DNA of 60,654 bases from Chitinophagales bacterium (GCA_036734545.1 DAIMYJ010000002.1:1-60654); one strand, 5' to 3'. Counted from the stretch's first letter, positions 17,603 through 27,412 are shown. The notes: generated by a model from the sequence alone, not told the origin. Numbers and translations are program-made.

Positions 17603-18223
17603 TCAGAAATAATAAATACCCCGCAGCGAGATCATGCGATTCACCAGTCCGGCTACCTGCGGATTTGCGGATACACCCACACTGGTGATAGAGCCCTGAT
17701 AGCGGAAGTTCACGCCGAAATGTTTCATCTCACCGATCAGAAAGGTGCCGCCGAGCACATAACTGAGTTCATCGGAATAGATCGCCTCCTCGTTATCGTT
17801 GTCGATGCCGTTGATCTCCTCTTTGGTGTTCACCAGTCGGCCGTAAGCTAAACCGGCATGGAACAGCAGGCGGTTCTTATCGTTGTAGTTGATGAGCACG
17901 GGCACTTCGGCGTAGTCCATCACTAATTTATAGGTGTTAGGCACATTCGGGTCGGGTTTAGACCGTGCGCCCTTTTGGTTATACAGCAGTTCGAGGCTGA
18001 TGCTCCAGGTGGGATTGAGGTTAACGTGCACGATAGGACCCGCGTTGAGGCCTATCTTATTGAATCCGTAGTAGTTGTCGCCATCTACCTGGGTGAAGTT
18101 GGCACCGGCTACTATACCGCCTTCGAACACCCGGAAAGTGCGGTTCTTGGGATCCCCGGCGTTGATCTGGGCCTGCATGGCGACCGCGTGGAACAAAATG
18201 GCTAGAAAAAAAATTATCCTCAT
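17603..18223 (-). CDS. Outer-membrane beta-barrel protein (porin-family/OmpW-like fold)
   Basis: 206 aa. Signal peptide ending AMQAQ. Alternating hydrophobic beta-strand pattern and a C-terminal aromatic end (..GIYYF). Confidence 0.7.
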   Translation of the reverse strand: MRIIFFLAILFHAVAMQAQINAGDPKNRTFRVFEGGIVAGANFTQVDGDNYYGFNKIGLNAGPIVHVNLNPTWSISLELLYNQKGARSKPDPNVPNTYKLVMDYAEVPVLINYNDKNRLLFHAGLAYGRLVNTKEEINGIDNDNEEAIYSDELSYVLGGTFLIGEMKHFGVNFRYQGSITSVGVSANPQVAGLVNRMISLRGIYYF

Positions 18224-18302
18224 TGGGTGTGCATTACTTGGTTTTCAATACCGGTATGGTGCCCTTATTTTTGGCGATACAAAGTAACTAACGACAAGGT
18301 TC

Positions 18303-18575
18303 ATGTTCAAATATACAACCAACACCCTGAAAAAGATCGAAGACCTCCTGAAGGAAGCCGGTTACATTGTACGGTATGAGAAGGGCAACTTCATCGCCGG
18401 GTATTGTGTGCTGGAGAGCAGGCGCGTGATCGTGATCAACCGGTATTATGAGACCGAGTCGCGCATCAACAGCCTGTTGGAGATCATGGGCAAGATCGAC
18501 ATTACTGAGGAGGAACTGAGCGAACACTCCAGGGAGTTCTTCCATGAACTGCAATTGCAAACCGTTAAAGTTTGA
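18303..18575 (+). CDS. Small conserved-looking hypothetical protein
   Basis: 90 aa, soluble and charged, with no motif recognised. Its stop overlaps the next gene's start (TTGA). Confidence 0.5.
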   Translation: MFKYTTNTLKKIEDLLKEAGYIVRYEKGNFIAGYCVLESRRVIVINRYYETESRINSLLEIMGKIDITEEELSEHSREFFHELQLQTVKV

Positions 18576-19333
18576 TCGTTACCATTCTCGGTTCAGGCAC
18601 TTCCGGAGGCATTCCGATGATCGGATGCACCTGCCCGGTTTGCCAGAGTGACGACCCCCGCGACAAACGCCTGCGCACTTCCATCCTGATCCATACCCAC
18701 GGCAAGTATTTTGTGATCGATGCGGGCCCGGATTTTCGCCAGCAGATGCTGCGCGAGCGGGTGCACCGGCTCGATGCCATCGTTTTTACCCATCAGCATC
18801 GCGACCATACGGCCGGACTCGACGATATCCGCGCCTATAACTATTTTCAGCGGAAGCCCATGGACATCTACCTCGCGGCAGAGGTGGAAGACAGTATCCG
18901 TAAGGAATACCATTACGTTTTTGAGAACGGTGGGTATCCCGGCCTGCCTGAGATGCGGCTGTTCAATATCGCCAATACGCCTTTTTATATAGAAGAGGTG
19001 CGGTTCACCCCCATTGAAGTGAAGCACTACCATTTGTCGGTGTTTGGCTTTCGGGTGAACAATTTCACCTATATCACCGATGCCAACCACATCCCCGACG
19101 AGGAGCTCGAGAAGATCGCCGGCACGGATGTGTTGATAATCAACGCATTACGTCGGGAAAGGCACATCTCCCACTTCTCCCTCGACGAGGCCCTGGACAT
19201 GATCGACCGGATCCGCCCGCGCAAGGCATATCTGACCCACATCTCCCATCAGATGGGCCGGCATGCCGAGGTGTCGCAGAACCTGCCCCCGCACGTGGAA
19301 CTGGCATACGACGGCCTGCAGATCGAATTGTAA
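18572..19333 (+). CDS. MBL-fold metallo-hydrolase (PhnP-like subgroup)
   Basis: 253 aa. HQHRDH (HxHxDH) zinc motif. N-terminal ILGSGTSGGIP plus a CxxC (CTCPVC) cluster as in PhnP-type phosphodiesterases. Start is TTG in the ORF track. Confidence 0.8.
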   Translation: MIVTILGSGTSGGIPMIGCTCPVCQSDDPRDKRLRTSILIHTHGKYFVIDAGPDFRQQMLRERVHRLDAIVFTHQHRDHTAGLDDIRAYNYFQRKPMDIYLAAEVEDSIRKEYHYVFENGGYPGLPEMRLFNIANTPFYIEEVRFTPIEVKHYHLSVFGFRVNNFTYITDANHIPDEELEKIAGTDVLIINALRRERHISHFSLDEALDMIDRIRPRKAYLTHISHQMGRHAEVSQNLPPHVELAYDGLQIEL

Positions 19334-19493
19334 TGAACCGGATGCGGGTAAGAAATGTTGAAGTTATGACAGAAGGCTGTCCCGGGTTGTTTGTTAGGCC
19401 ACGTGCAATGCTTTATCTTTGAATAGTGTTTCCCCATCCGGACAGGTATATCTAAAAATTGCTCTTTAAACCGTATAAATTTTCACATCGATT

Positions 19494-22469
19494 ATGAAAC
19501 ATGTGTTTACACTCCTCACGGCATTGGTATGCTTAACTGCTGCTCAGGCGCAGAATGCATACACAAAGGATCCGTATGCTAAAACGTTCATTCAGAACAC
19601 GCAGCGTCTGCCTAACCAGGCACTGCAGGCTACCTTGCGCGACACCAAGGCCTGGGCTGATTTCCGGGAATTGCATGGCGACTGGTGGGTAGAGTTCAAG
19701 GAAGAGACCGGTACACCCCACAGGGCTTTCGGTAAGCCGATCGCCGTGGCCGGTGCCACACCGGAGGCAAAAGCCTTGAATTTCTTCAGCTCCTACTGCA
19801 AGGATTTCATCAGCAGCACACAAGATCTGGTAGCCGTAAAATCGGTAAGCTCAGACAAATATGATTATGTAAGCTTCATTCAGCAGCACAATGGTCTGGA
19901 TGTACTGTGGTCAGAGGCTACCGTACGTATCAACCAGAACGGCGAAGTGATGATGTTCGGACTGGATGTGTATGATAACATCACGGTATCTACCACCCCT
20001 GCCATCTCTGCTGCCGCTATCGAAGCCTATGCTGCTGCCGGATTCACCATTCCGGTGGAAGATGTTGAAGTAATGCCGGCGCTCAAGATTTTGCCTATTC
20101 CCGGCAGCGCAGGCCTGGAGTTCAAATTAGTCTATGAGGTGCAGGTGCACACGATGGGATACGATAATATCCCGGGCAACTATTACAGCCTTGTTGATGC
20201 CAACACCGGATTTGTATACTATCGCCGAAATATGGTACACGCCTGTGGCGAGTATCTGATGACTGCCAATATGCAGATAGATGCTGAGATCACCGATAAC
20301 CCGCTGGTAGCAACTGTAAACAGGGGACTGCCTTATTTGCGTGTTGAGATCGATGGTGATTTCTATTATACTGATGAGAATGGATATCTCTCCCTGAACT
20401 TCATTACCACTCCTACACCGGCAACGATCGACCTGCGCGGCTTATATGCGCGTGTAAGTCAGGGAACCGGTGCTACGAATATTGAGAGCATTGATATTAC
20501 TGTTTTCCCGGGCGATAACCTGATCCAATTCGATGATGAATCAGGATCTGTGCCTTCAGAGGTGTCTACCTACTACTGGCAGAATGTGGTGCACGATAAG
20601 ATGAAGGACTATTTCCCGACTTTCACTGATCTGGATATCGATCAGTTGATCCGCGTTGAACGCAACGATGGTTCATGCAACGCATTTTATGACGGATCTT
20701 CTACCAACTTCTATCAGGCTGGTGGCGGCTGTCCTTCTACCGGTCTTTTCAATGATGTGGTTATGCATGAATATGGCCATGGTATCAACTATGACCTGTA
20801 CGCAGGCCTGGGCGACCCGGGTGGTATGGGCAATGGCGCCATGCATGAGGGGTACTCTGATATTTGGGGTATAGTGGTTACCAATAACCCGATCCTGGGT
20901 CAGGGATTCCTGACCGGCGCCGGAACCTACGTGCGCCGTTACGATATGGATCCTAAAGTATATCCGGAAGACCTCGTTGGTCAGGTGCATGCCGATGGCG
21001 AGATCATCGCCGGTGCATGGTGGGATGTGAATGTGGAATTTGGCGGAGACCTGGTGTCCATGACCGATATCTGGATGGAAACACATAATGCCACAGTAGA
21101 TGGTCCCGACGGCAGCGAAGGCGAAATTTATCGCGATGTATTGCTGGAAGCACTGATCGCTGATGATGATAACGGCGACCTTACCGATGGTACCCCGAAC
21201 GATGATATGATCACGGCCGGATTCTGTATCCACGGTATTACGCTGGTGGGTAACGTTGGCCTTGAGCACACTGAATTCGCTGAGCCTGTGGCTGTGGATG
21301 AACCGGTGCTGATCGAAGCAGAACTGGATGTGGATTTTCCGGAATATATAGGTGATGCCGTTATGCTTTGGAGAACCGATGGCGGTGCGTTTACTGAAAC
21401 ACCGATGGTTGAAGTGGCCGGCACTGACTATGAAGTTGAACTTCCTGCACAACCGCAGGGAACCATCATTGAATATTATTTCAAGGTGGGTGATACCAAT
21501 GGCTGTGGCTCTGTTACCCTGCCATTCAAAGCTGACCTCGACGTAGAACCCAACCTGCCTTATTTTGCGCTGGTAGGATTCGAAATGATCGAGTTTGAAG
21601 ACTTTGACAACGAATTCGGCAGCTGGGAAGTGGATCCCTTCGAAACCGATGATGCCACCACAGGTATCTGGGATGTGAACACACCGATCTCTTCAGTGGA
21701 TGCCAACGGCTATGAAGTGCAAACCGGTGAAGACCACACTGAAGGTCCGGGTAACCTGTGTGCATTCACAGGAAATGCCGGTGCTTTCGATGGCCCCGGA
21801 ACCAACGACGTAGATGGCGGTATGACCACCATTCGCAGTCCGTTCTTCGACCTCACAGATTATACTGACCCGGTATTTACTTACTACCGTCGCTATTCCA
21901 ATGCTTCACCTACCAGCGCTAACCCCGCTAACGACGTATGGGAAGTGTTCATTACCGACAATGGTACCGACTGGGTTCGCGTTGAGCGCACACATACAGA
22001 AGATAACAGCTGGAGGAGAAACACCGTGCGTGTTACCGACTACGTGGATATCACGGATGAAGTGGCATTCATTTTCATTGCTGAGGACAGCGTGCGCGCC
22101 GATGATCCTTCCGGATTCAGCGGTGGTAGCCTGATCGAGGCAGCTGTGGATGACCTGTTCCTCTATGACTGGGCAGATATTGTTGAAGATACGACCGGTC
22201 AAACCGGTGTTGATGAAAATACACTGTTCGCAGGTATCTTCCCGAACCCGGCCAATGCCATGGTAACCGTATTCTTCGGTGATATCACCGGCGATGTGGA
22301 TGTAGTGCTCTCCAATGCAGTTGGCGAGATCATCATGACCGAGCGCATTACCGTTTCACCGAGCGGATCCTATGCGATCGACACGCGCAGCCTCGCTCAG
22401 GGTATTTATACCATCACCCTGCGCAATGAGGGAGGAATGGAAAACAAACGTGTGATCATTCAACATTAA
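19494..22469 (+). CDS. Secreted thermolysin-clan (M4/M36-like) zinc metalloprotease with a type-A T9SS C-terminal domain
   Basis: 991 aa with a signal peptide. HEYGH zinc motif followed about 20 aa later by GAMHEGYSDIWG (the ExxxD third-ligand motif of gluzincins). The C-terminal FPNPANAMVTVFF...GIYTITL...RVIIQH is a T9SS CTD. Confidence 0.8.
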   Translation: MKHVFTLLTALVCLTAAQAQNAYTKDPYAKTFIQNTQRLPNQALQATLRDTKAWADFRELHGDWWVEFKEETGTPHRAFGKPIAVAGATPEAKALNFFSSYCKDFISSTQDLVAVKSVSSDKYDYVSFIQQHNGLDVLWSEATVRINQNGEVMMFGLDVYDNITVSTTPAISAAAIEAYAAAGFTIPVEDVEVMPALKILPIPGSAGLEFKLVYEVQVHTMGYDNIPGNYYSLVDANTGFVYYRRNMVHACGEYLMTANMQIDAEITDNPLVATVNRGLPYLRVEIDGDFYYTDENGYLSLNFITTPTPATIDLRGLYARVSQGTGATNIESIDITVFPGDNLIQFDDESGSVPSEVSTYYWQNVVHDKMKDYFPTFTDLDIDQLIRVERNDGSCNAFYDGSSTNFYQAGGGCPSTGLFNDVVMHEYGHGINYDLYAGLGDPGGMGNGAMHEGYSDIWGIVVTNNPILGQGFLTGAGTYVRRYDMDPKVYPEDLVGQVHADGEIIAGAWWDVNVEFGGDLVSMTDIWMETHNATVDGPDGSEGEIYRDVLLEALIADDDNGDLTDGTPNDDMITAGFCIHGITLVGNVGLEHTEFAEPVAVDEPVLIEAELDVDFPEYIGDAVMLWRTDGGAFTETPMVEVAGTDYEVELPAQPQGTIIEYYFKVGDTNGCGSVTLPFKADLDVEPNLPYFALVGFEMIEFEDFDNEFGSWEVDPFETDDATTGIWDVNTPISSVDANGYEVQTGEDHTEGPGNLCAFTGNAGAFDGPGTNDVDGGMTTIRSPFFDLTDYTDPVFTYYRRYSNASPTSANPANDVWEVFITDNGTDWVRVERTHTEDNSWRRNTVRVTDYVDITDEVAFIFIAEDSVRADDPSGFSGGSLIEAAVDDLFLYDWADIVEDTTGQTGVDENTLFAGIFPNPANAMVTVFFGDITGDVDVVLSNAVGEIIMTERITVSPSGSYAIDTRSLAQGIYTITLRNEGGMENKRVIIQH

Positions 22470-22507
22470 TAATAAGCAGGGTGCTTCGTGCACCTCTTGC
22501 ATGCCAA

Positions 22508-22544
22508 AGCGCGGGATCGTCCAAACGATCCCGCGCTTTTTTTA
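22508..22544 (+). terminator. Strong rho-independent terminator after the T9SS protease gene
   Basis: AGCGCGGGATCGT-CCAA-ACGATCCCGCGCT 13-bp perfect stem followed by a T7 run. Confidence 0.9.
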
Positions 22545-22908
22545 TTCCTGTATCTAATCAAATATATCCTCGTCCAGGTGCAGCACCTGCTTGCTTGATC
22601 ATGCCTGCAGGATCTTGAGATATGACCTTCTGTCTTTGACTGCAGCCTATTTATGGCATGATCAGTTCTTATTGCGACAGGAGCCACGATGGCGCAAAGA
22701 CGCTAGGGTTGCACAAGGGGGCGGGTCGCTTAAGGTGTGTTTGTTCTGTCGGGCAGTCGTGATGAACCTGGTGAGATCGCTTGCGTAACATGAACGCGGC
22801 CACTAAGGCGCGACGGCACAAAGGTTGCACGAAGTCTTATTATGTTTTTTGTTGTCCGGTTCATTGTTCATATACTCAGCATCTGATGGCAGTATCAGGA
22901 TTCTGCTT

Positions 22909-23130
22909 GCACTTGCGTGCAGATTGGTATCGAGTATCAGGTATCAAGTATCGTGACAAAATCTGGATATCTCATTTTTCATTCCTCATTCTTCATTACT
23001 CATTACTCATGCACTTGCGTGCATATTGGTATCGAGTATCAAGTATCGAGTATCGAGACAAATGACAAATGCAATATATTATTCCTCAACCTTGAACCTT
23101 CAACTCACAACTCACAACCCTCAACCCACC
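22909..23130. repeat. Composite array of heptanucleotide-phased repeat modules with two ~52-nt direct copies
   Basis: Direct copies at 22909-22960 and 23011-23063, each TGCAC-TTGC-GTGCA hairpin plus (GTATCNN)x4. Six TCA-phased heptamers (TCA at 22972/79/86/93/23000/07). Six CAAC-phased heptamers (23087-23125). Confidence 0.9.
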
Positions 23131-23244
23131 ATCCCGAAGTAGAAAATTTTTCCGCTGCGCTACAAAATTTACACTTCGGGGCAGGCAGTCTTTGTTTGTG
23201 CTGCAGGTCTGACCAAAGGTCAGACAAAGATTTAATCAATCGGA

Positions 23245-23292
23245 GCACCCACGCACCTAGGCACTCAAACATTCACGCACTTACGCACCCAT
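23245..23292. repeat. Octanucleotide-phased repeat (GCACYYAN)x6
   Basis: GCAC at 23245, 23253, 23261, (degenerate at 23269), 23277 and 23285, which is exact 8-nt phasing. It is followed by the palindrome CCGCCGCGGCGG (23293-23304). Confidence 0.85.
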
Positions 23293-23318
23293 CCGCCGCG
23301 GCGGAAACACACGAACAC

Positions 23319-23348
23319 AAAAAAAAGCCGCTTCATACAAAGCGGCTT
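23319..23348 (-). terminator. Rho-independent terminator downstream of the type-B T9SS cargo gene
   Basis: Minus strand: AAGCCGCT-(8-nt loop)-AGCGGCTT hairpin, then a T8 run (plus A-run 23319-23326). Confidence 0.8.
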
Positions 23349-23374
23349 TCGATCTCAAGTAATAGAAATATTAT

Positions 23375-25066
23375 TTATCGCAACAGTGCGAGCGTAGTCG
23401 TTTTCGTTACCGGTTCACCAAATTGAGTTACACCTTTGATGACCACTACATAAGTGCCGATCTCCTGATCCTGGCCATCCAGGGTGCCGTCCCAGCCGAT
23501 CATCGGATCGGTGGAATAGAAGATGAGTTTACCCCAGCGGTTGTAGATGCTGTAATCGCTGATGGCGCCGATACCCAGAAAGCCGGGCTTGTATACATCG
23601 TTGAGGCCGTCGTCGTTCGGAGTGAAGGCCGTTGGCGACCAGATATCAGAATCTTCGATCACATAAACAAACATCGTATCAGAGCCTACACAACCATTGG
23701 CGTCTGTTCCGATCACCACATACATGGTCGTATCTTCAGGGAATGCGTAAGGGTTGGAAATATTAGGGTCGGTCAGTGTTTCTGCCGGTGACCATACATA
23801 GGACACACCACCGCTGGCATTCAATTCCACTTCGCTGCCGAGCATGAGAATGACATCTTCGCCTGCATCAATGATAGGGTCGGGGAACAGGGTGACCATT
23901 ACGTCATCGGTATCCGGACAGCCAAATTCATTGTAGGCGATCAGTTGATAGAACATATTGGTGGGTGGGGCCATCACCAGCGGGTCTTCTAAAGTGGCAT
24001 CATCGAGATAGACAGGAGGCGTCCACTGGTAGGTGTCACCGCCGCTGCCATCCAGCTGAATGCTATCGCCGACACACACGCCCATATCCGGTCCTGCATT
24101 GGCAACAGGAGTACCTGCGATCGTGATCGTAAAGGAAGAGGAGCCGCTGGCACAGGAAGTACCGGCCATGAAGTTGGTCACTTCATAGGTGCCCGGCAAT
24201 GAAGCGCTCAGATCGATCACACCTGTAATACTGTCGATGACCAGTCCCGGCAGGTCTGCAATAAAAATACCGGTGTCGGCATCTGCGGCAAATACCGGTG
24301 CGGGATCAGGTTCAAACTGACAGTAAATGGAATCCGGATAAGTAAAATCCAGATAAACATAGCTGGACAAATATTCGAAGATGTTCTTCCGTAGGTTAAC
24401 GTTATTCGGAGCAGGTGAATGCCAGGAGGTTACGGTCATACCGCCAAAGATCACTTTGCCGGCACCCCAGGTAAGCTCGGAGGCTACAGATTTACCGGAG
24501 AAGTCATCCTCGATCAATACAGTCAATCCGGGTCCGATGATCGTGCTATGACCAAAATAGGTACCTGACCAGCTTGTGCCGACAGGCGTATAAGGTCCGT
24601 TGAAGATCGGATGGGTAGGATCTGCCGCGTCCACATCACTGGTGTAATCAGGGTAGTTGATCGTAACACCGCCGAATCCCGCATCAATGTCACCGCCATA
24701 GTTGGGAGCAGCATTCATGAACAGGTTGCCGCCGGCGGCCACCCATGCTTCGATCAGGGCGATATTGTCAGTTACGAAATCGTCCATGGGTATGGCGTGA
24801 TCATCGCCGCCTTCAATGAATACAAAACAAGTGTTCTCATCGAACACATCGTTGGCATCCACGGTGGAGAAATAGCCGGAGTTCCAGCCTCCCACACCGA
24901 AAACGGCATCCATCTCCGCAATATTGGTATTGAGGATCGGCGCCCAGGTCCACGGTTCGGGCGGAGTGCGGCGCAGATACCACTTTTCAGAGGCCTGTGC
25001 CAATACAGGTTCCGCAAGGGTCACCAGACCGGTGATGATACTGGTAATGAGGAGTATTTTTTTCAT
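23375..25066 (-). CDS. Secreted protein with a gliding-motility-associated (type-B T9SS, CHU_C-like) C-terminal domain
   Basis: The ORF-track start at 25243 was trimmed to the ATG at 25066 (MKKILLITSIITGLVTLAEPVLAQ signal). The C-terminal FTPNDDGLNDVY...YNRWGKLIF...GWDG...GTYVVVIKG is the type-B sorting domain signature. Confidence 0.75.
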   Translation of the reverse strand: MKKILLITSIITGLVTLAEPVLAQASEKWYLRRTPPEPWTWAPILNTNIAEMDAVFGVGGWNSGYFSTVDANDVFDENTCFVFIEGGDDHAIPMDDFVTDNIALIEAWVAAGGNLFMNAAPNYGGDIDAGFGGVTINYPDYTSDVDAADPTHPIFNGPYTPVGTSWSGTYFGHSTIIGPGLTVLIEDDFSGKSVASELTWGAGKVIFGGMTVTSWHSPAPNNVNLRKNIFEYLSSYVYLDFTYPDSIYCQFEPDPAPVFAADADTGIFIADLPGLVIDSITGVIDLSASLPGTYEVTNFMAGTSCASGSSSFTITIAGTPVANAGPDMGVCVGDSIQLDGSGGDTYQWTPPVYLDDATLEDPLVMAPPTNMFYQLIAYNEFGCPDTDDVMVTLFPDPIIDAGEDVILMLGSEVELNASGGVSYVWSPAETLTDPNISNPYAFPEDTTMYVVIGTDANGCVGSDTMFVYVIEDSDIWSPTAFTPNDDGLNDVYKPGFLGIGAISDYSIYNRWGKLIFYSTDPMIGWDGTLDGQDQEIGTYVVVIKGVTQFGEPVTKTTTLALLR

Positions 25067-25207
25067 GCATTCATGCCATTTATGCGTAAACAAAATTACA
25101 CAGTTAAAGTTAAGCTGTTTTTGCCGTACTTCTGTAACCGTAATGTTAAAACTTACAATACGCTGAAAGGTATAACGCAAAAGGCCTGCAGGTGGTTGGG
25201 CATAAAA

Positions 25208-25238
25208 TGAAAAAAGGCTGTCGTTGAAGACAGCCTTT
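25208..25238 (-). terminator. Rho-independent terminator downstream of the pyrophosphatase gene
   Basis: Minus strand: AAAGGCTGTC-(6-nt loop)-GACAGCCTTT 10-bp stem, then a T-run (plus A-run about 25210-25215). It lies inside the rejected N-terminal extension of the neighbouring ORF. Confidence 0.8.
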
Positions 25239-25261
25239 AACAATATTTATCAGCCTGGGGA

Positions 25262-27379
25262 TCAGAGATAAGCGGCAATGATCAGACTCACGATACTCAT
25301 CAGCTTGATGAGGATGTTCATACTCGGGCCGGAGGTATCCTTGAACGGATCACCAACGGTATCACCTGTTACGGATGCCTTGTGCGCCTCAGAGCCCTTG
25401 TAGTGCGTTTCACCGTCGATGTCAACGCCCTTTTCAAATGATTTCTTGGCATTATCCCAGGCACCGCCGGCATTACTCTGGAAGATGGCCAGCAATACAC
25501 CGCTCACGGTCACACCCGCCAGCAGACCACCCAGGATCTCTGCGGAGGAGGCGTTCTCAAATACACCACGCAGTCCGAATCCCACCAGCACAGGCGTAAG
25601 CAATGCCAGCGCGCCCGGTAAGATCATCTGGCGGATAGCCGCCTGTGTGGAAATGGCTACGCAGCGATCGTAGTCCGGCTTGCCTGTTCCTTCCATGATA
25701 CCGGGTATCTCGCGGAACTGGCGGCGCACTTCCTCCACCATACTCTTGGCTGCTTTACCTACGGCTTTGATCGCCATGGAGCTGAACAGGAAGGGGATCA
25801 TACCGCCTATGAACAGACCGGCTAATACCGGTGCTTTAGAAATATCAATGGTAGTCAAACCTGCCGTGCCCATGAAGGCTGCGAACAGAGCCAATGAGGT
25901 GAGGGCTGCAGAGGCGATGGCAAAACCTTTACCGGTAGCGGCAGTAGTATTGCCCACGGCATCGAGGATGTCGGTGCGGTGACGCACTTCCTTCGGCAAC
26001 TGGCTCATTTCAGCGATACCGCCGGCATTGTCTGCTATCGGGCCAAAAGCATCAATGGCCAGCTGCATGGCCGTAGTGGCCATCATACCGGCAGCCGCAA
26101 TGGCCACACCGTAGATACCTGCAAAAACAAATGCCATAACGATACCCACGGCCAGGAAAATGGTCGGGAGCAGGGTCGACTGCATACCTACATAGATACC
26201 GCCGATGATATTGGTGGCGTGGCCGGTGCTGCTTTGCTCAACGATGGCATTCACCGGACGCTTGCCCATGGATGTATAGAATTCTGTGAAGAAGCTCACC
26301 AGCGTACCTACCACAAGACCGGTGATGATACTGGCGATCACACCTGATGGGGTAATGATCTCGCCGGTCTTGATCATGGTCATTTCTGCGGGCAGTATCC
26401 AGTTGGCCAGGAAGATAGAAGCGATGGCAGTGAGCAGGATGGAGATCCAGTTGCCTACGTTCAGCGCGCGCTGCACGTTGCCGTCTTCCTTGATACGCAC
26501 GAACCAGGTGCCCACGATACTGGCGATCAGACCGATCGAAGCCACGAGCATGGGGAAGATGATCGGCGCCAGGCCACCAACAGAGTCGGCAGATTCGATC
26601 TCACGACCCAAAACCATGGTGGCGAGAACGGTAGCTACATAAGAACCGAAGAGGTCGGCACCCATACCGGCAACGTCACCCACGTTATCACCTACGTTGT
26701 CGGCGATGGTGGCAGGGTTGCGCGGATCGTCCTCCGGGATACCGGCCTCCACTTTACCTACGAGGTCGGCGCCCACATCGGCGGCCTTGGTATAAATACC
26801 TCCGCCCACACGGGCAAAGAGGGCAATACTTTCTGCACCCAAAGAGAAACCGGTGAGCACTTCAAGTGCTACTTCCATCTCCTCGCCATTCACATCTCCT
26901 GACTTCACGAACATGGTGTAGAAGATGATGAACAATGAACCCAGTCCGAATACGGCGAGACCGGCAACACCCAATCCCATTACACTGCCGCCGGCAAAGG
27001 AAACCTTGAGGGCTTCGCTCAGGCTGGTGCGGGCAGCGTTGGTGGTGCGCACGTTGGCGCGGGTGGCGATCTTCATGCCGATGAAACCGGCCAGACCGGA
27101 GAACACGGAACCGATGATGAAGGCTACTGCAACCAGCGGGTCGGAACGATCAGAGCCGGAGGCCATCCAGGCCAGCAGTCCGGCGGTGATCAGCACATAA
27201 ATGGCCAGAATGCGATACTCTGCTTTCAGAAAGGCCATGGCGCCTTCTGAGATGCTCTTGGCGATGCTCTGCATCTTGTCAGTGCCGGCATCATGCTTGT
27301 TCACCCAAAGGGCAACGAATAACATATAGGCTAATCCAACAAGTCCCAGGGCGGGGATCAAATACAATATCATATCCAT
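25262..27379 (-). CDS. hppA: Membrane-integral, ion-translocating inorganic pyrophosphatase (K+-dependent subfamily signature)
   Basis: About 705 aa after trimming to the ATG at 27379 (or 27373). Motifs [26 protein letters not shown] and [13 protein letters not shown]. Ala in GNTTAA marks the K+-dependent clade. Confidence 0.9.
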   Translation of the reverse strand: MDMILYLIPALGLVGLAYMLFVALWVNKHDAGTDKMQSIAKSISEGAMAFLKAEYRILAIYVLITAGLLAWMASGSDRSDPLVAVAFIIGSVFSGLAGFIGMKIATRANVRTTNAARTSLSEALKVSFAGGSVMGLGVAGLAVFGLGSLFIIFYTMFVKSGDVNGEEMEVALEVLTGFSLGAESIALFARVGGGIYTKAADVGADLVGKVEAGIPEDDPRNPATIADNVGDNVGDVAGMGADLFGSYVATVLATMVLGREIESADSVGGLAPIIFPMLVASIGLIASIVGTWFVRIKEDGNVQRALNVGNWISILLTAIASIFLANWILPAEMTMIKTGEIITPSGVIASIITGLVVGTLVSFFTEFYTSMGKRPVNAIVEQSSTGHATNIIGGIYVGMQSTLLPTIFLAVGIVMAFVFAGIYGVAIAAAGMMATTAMQLAIDAFGPIADNAGGIAEMSQLPKEVRHRTDILDAVGNTTAATGKGFAIASAALTSLALFAAFMGTAGLTTIDISKAPVLAGLFIGGMIPFLFSSMAIKAVGKAAKSMVEEVRRQFREIPGIMEGTGKPDYDRCVAISTQAAIRQMILPGALALLTPVLVGFGLRGVFENASSAEILGGLLAGVTVSGVLLAIFQSNAGGAWDNAKKSFEKGVDIDGETHYKGSEAHKASVTGDTVGDPFKDTSGPSMNILIKLMSIVSLIIAAYL

Positions 27380-27412
27380 ACAAATAAGTGCTACGCTTGG
27401 TAAAAGAGGGTG

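Noticed and set aside
22909-23063. Possible CRISPR-like array (two ~52-nt direct repeats separated by ~50 nt)
   Set aside because: There are only two copies. The repeats themselves consist of heptamer microsatellites, and the 'spacer' is another microsatellite. No cas genes are in the window.
22781-23426. ORFs 22781..23065 (94 aa) and 22917..23426 (169 aa) across the repeat island
   Set aside because: They read straight through 7-nt and 8-nt phased repeats, which cannot encode a consistent peptide repeat. The products are compositional artefacts, and the second ORF runs into the terminator and 3' end of the neighbouring gene.
25067-25243. N-terminal 59-aa extension of the type-B T9SS cargo ORF
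   Set aside because: The extension contains the pyrophosphatase gene's terminator hairpin (25208-25238). A canonical signal peptide starts at the internal ATG (25066).
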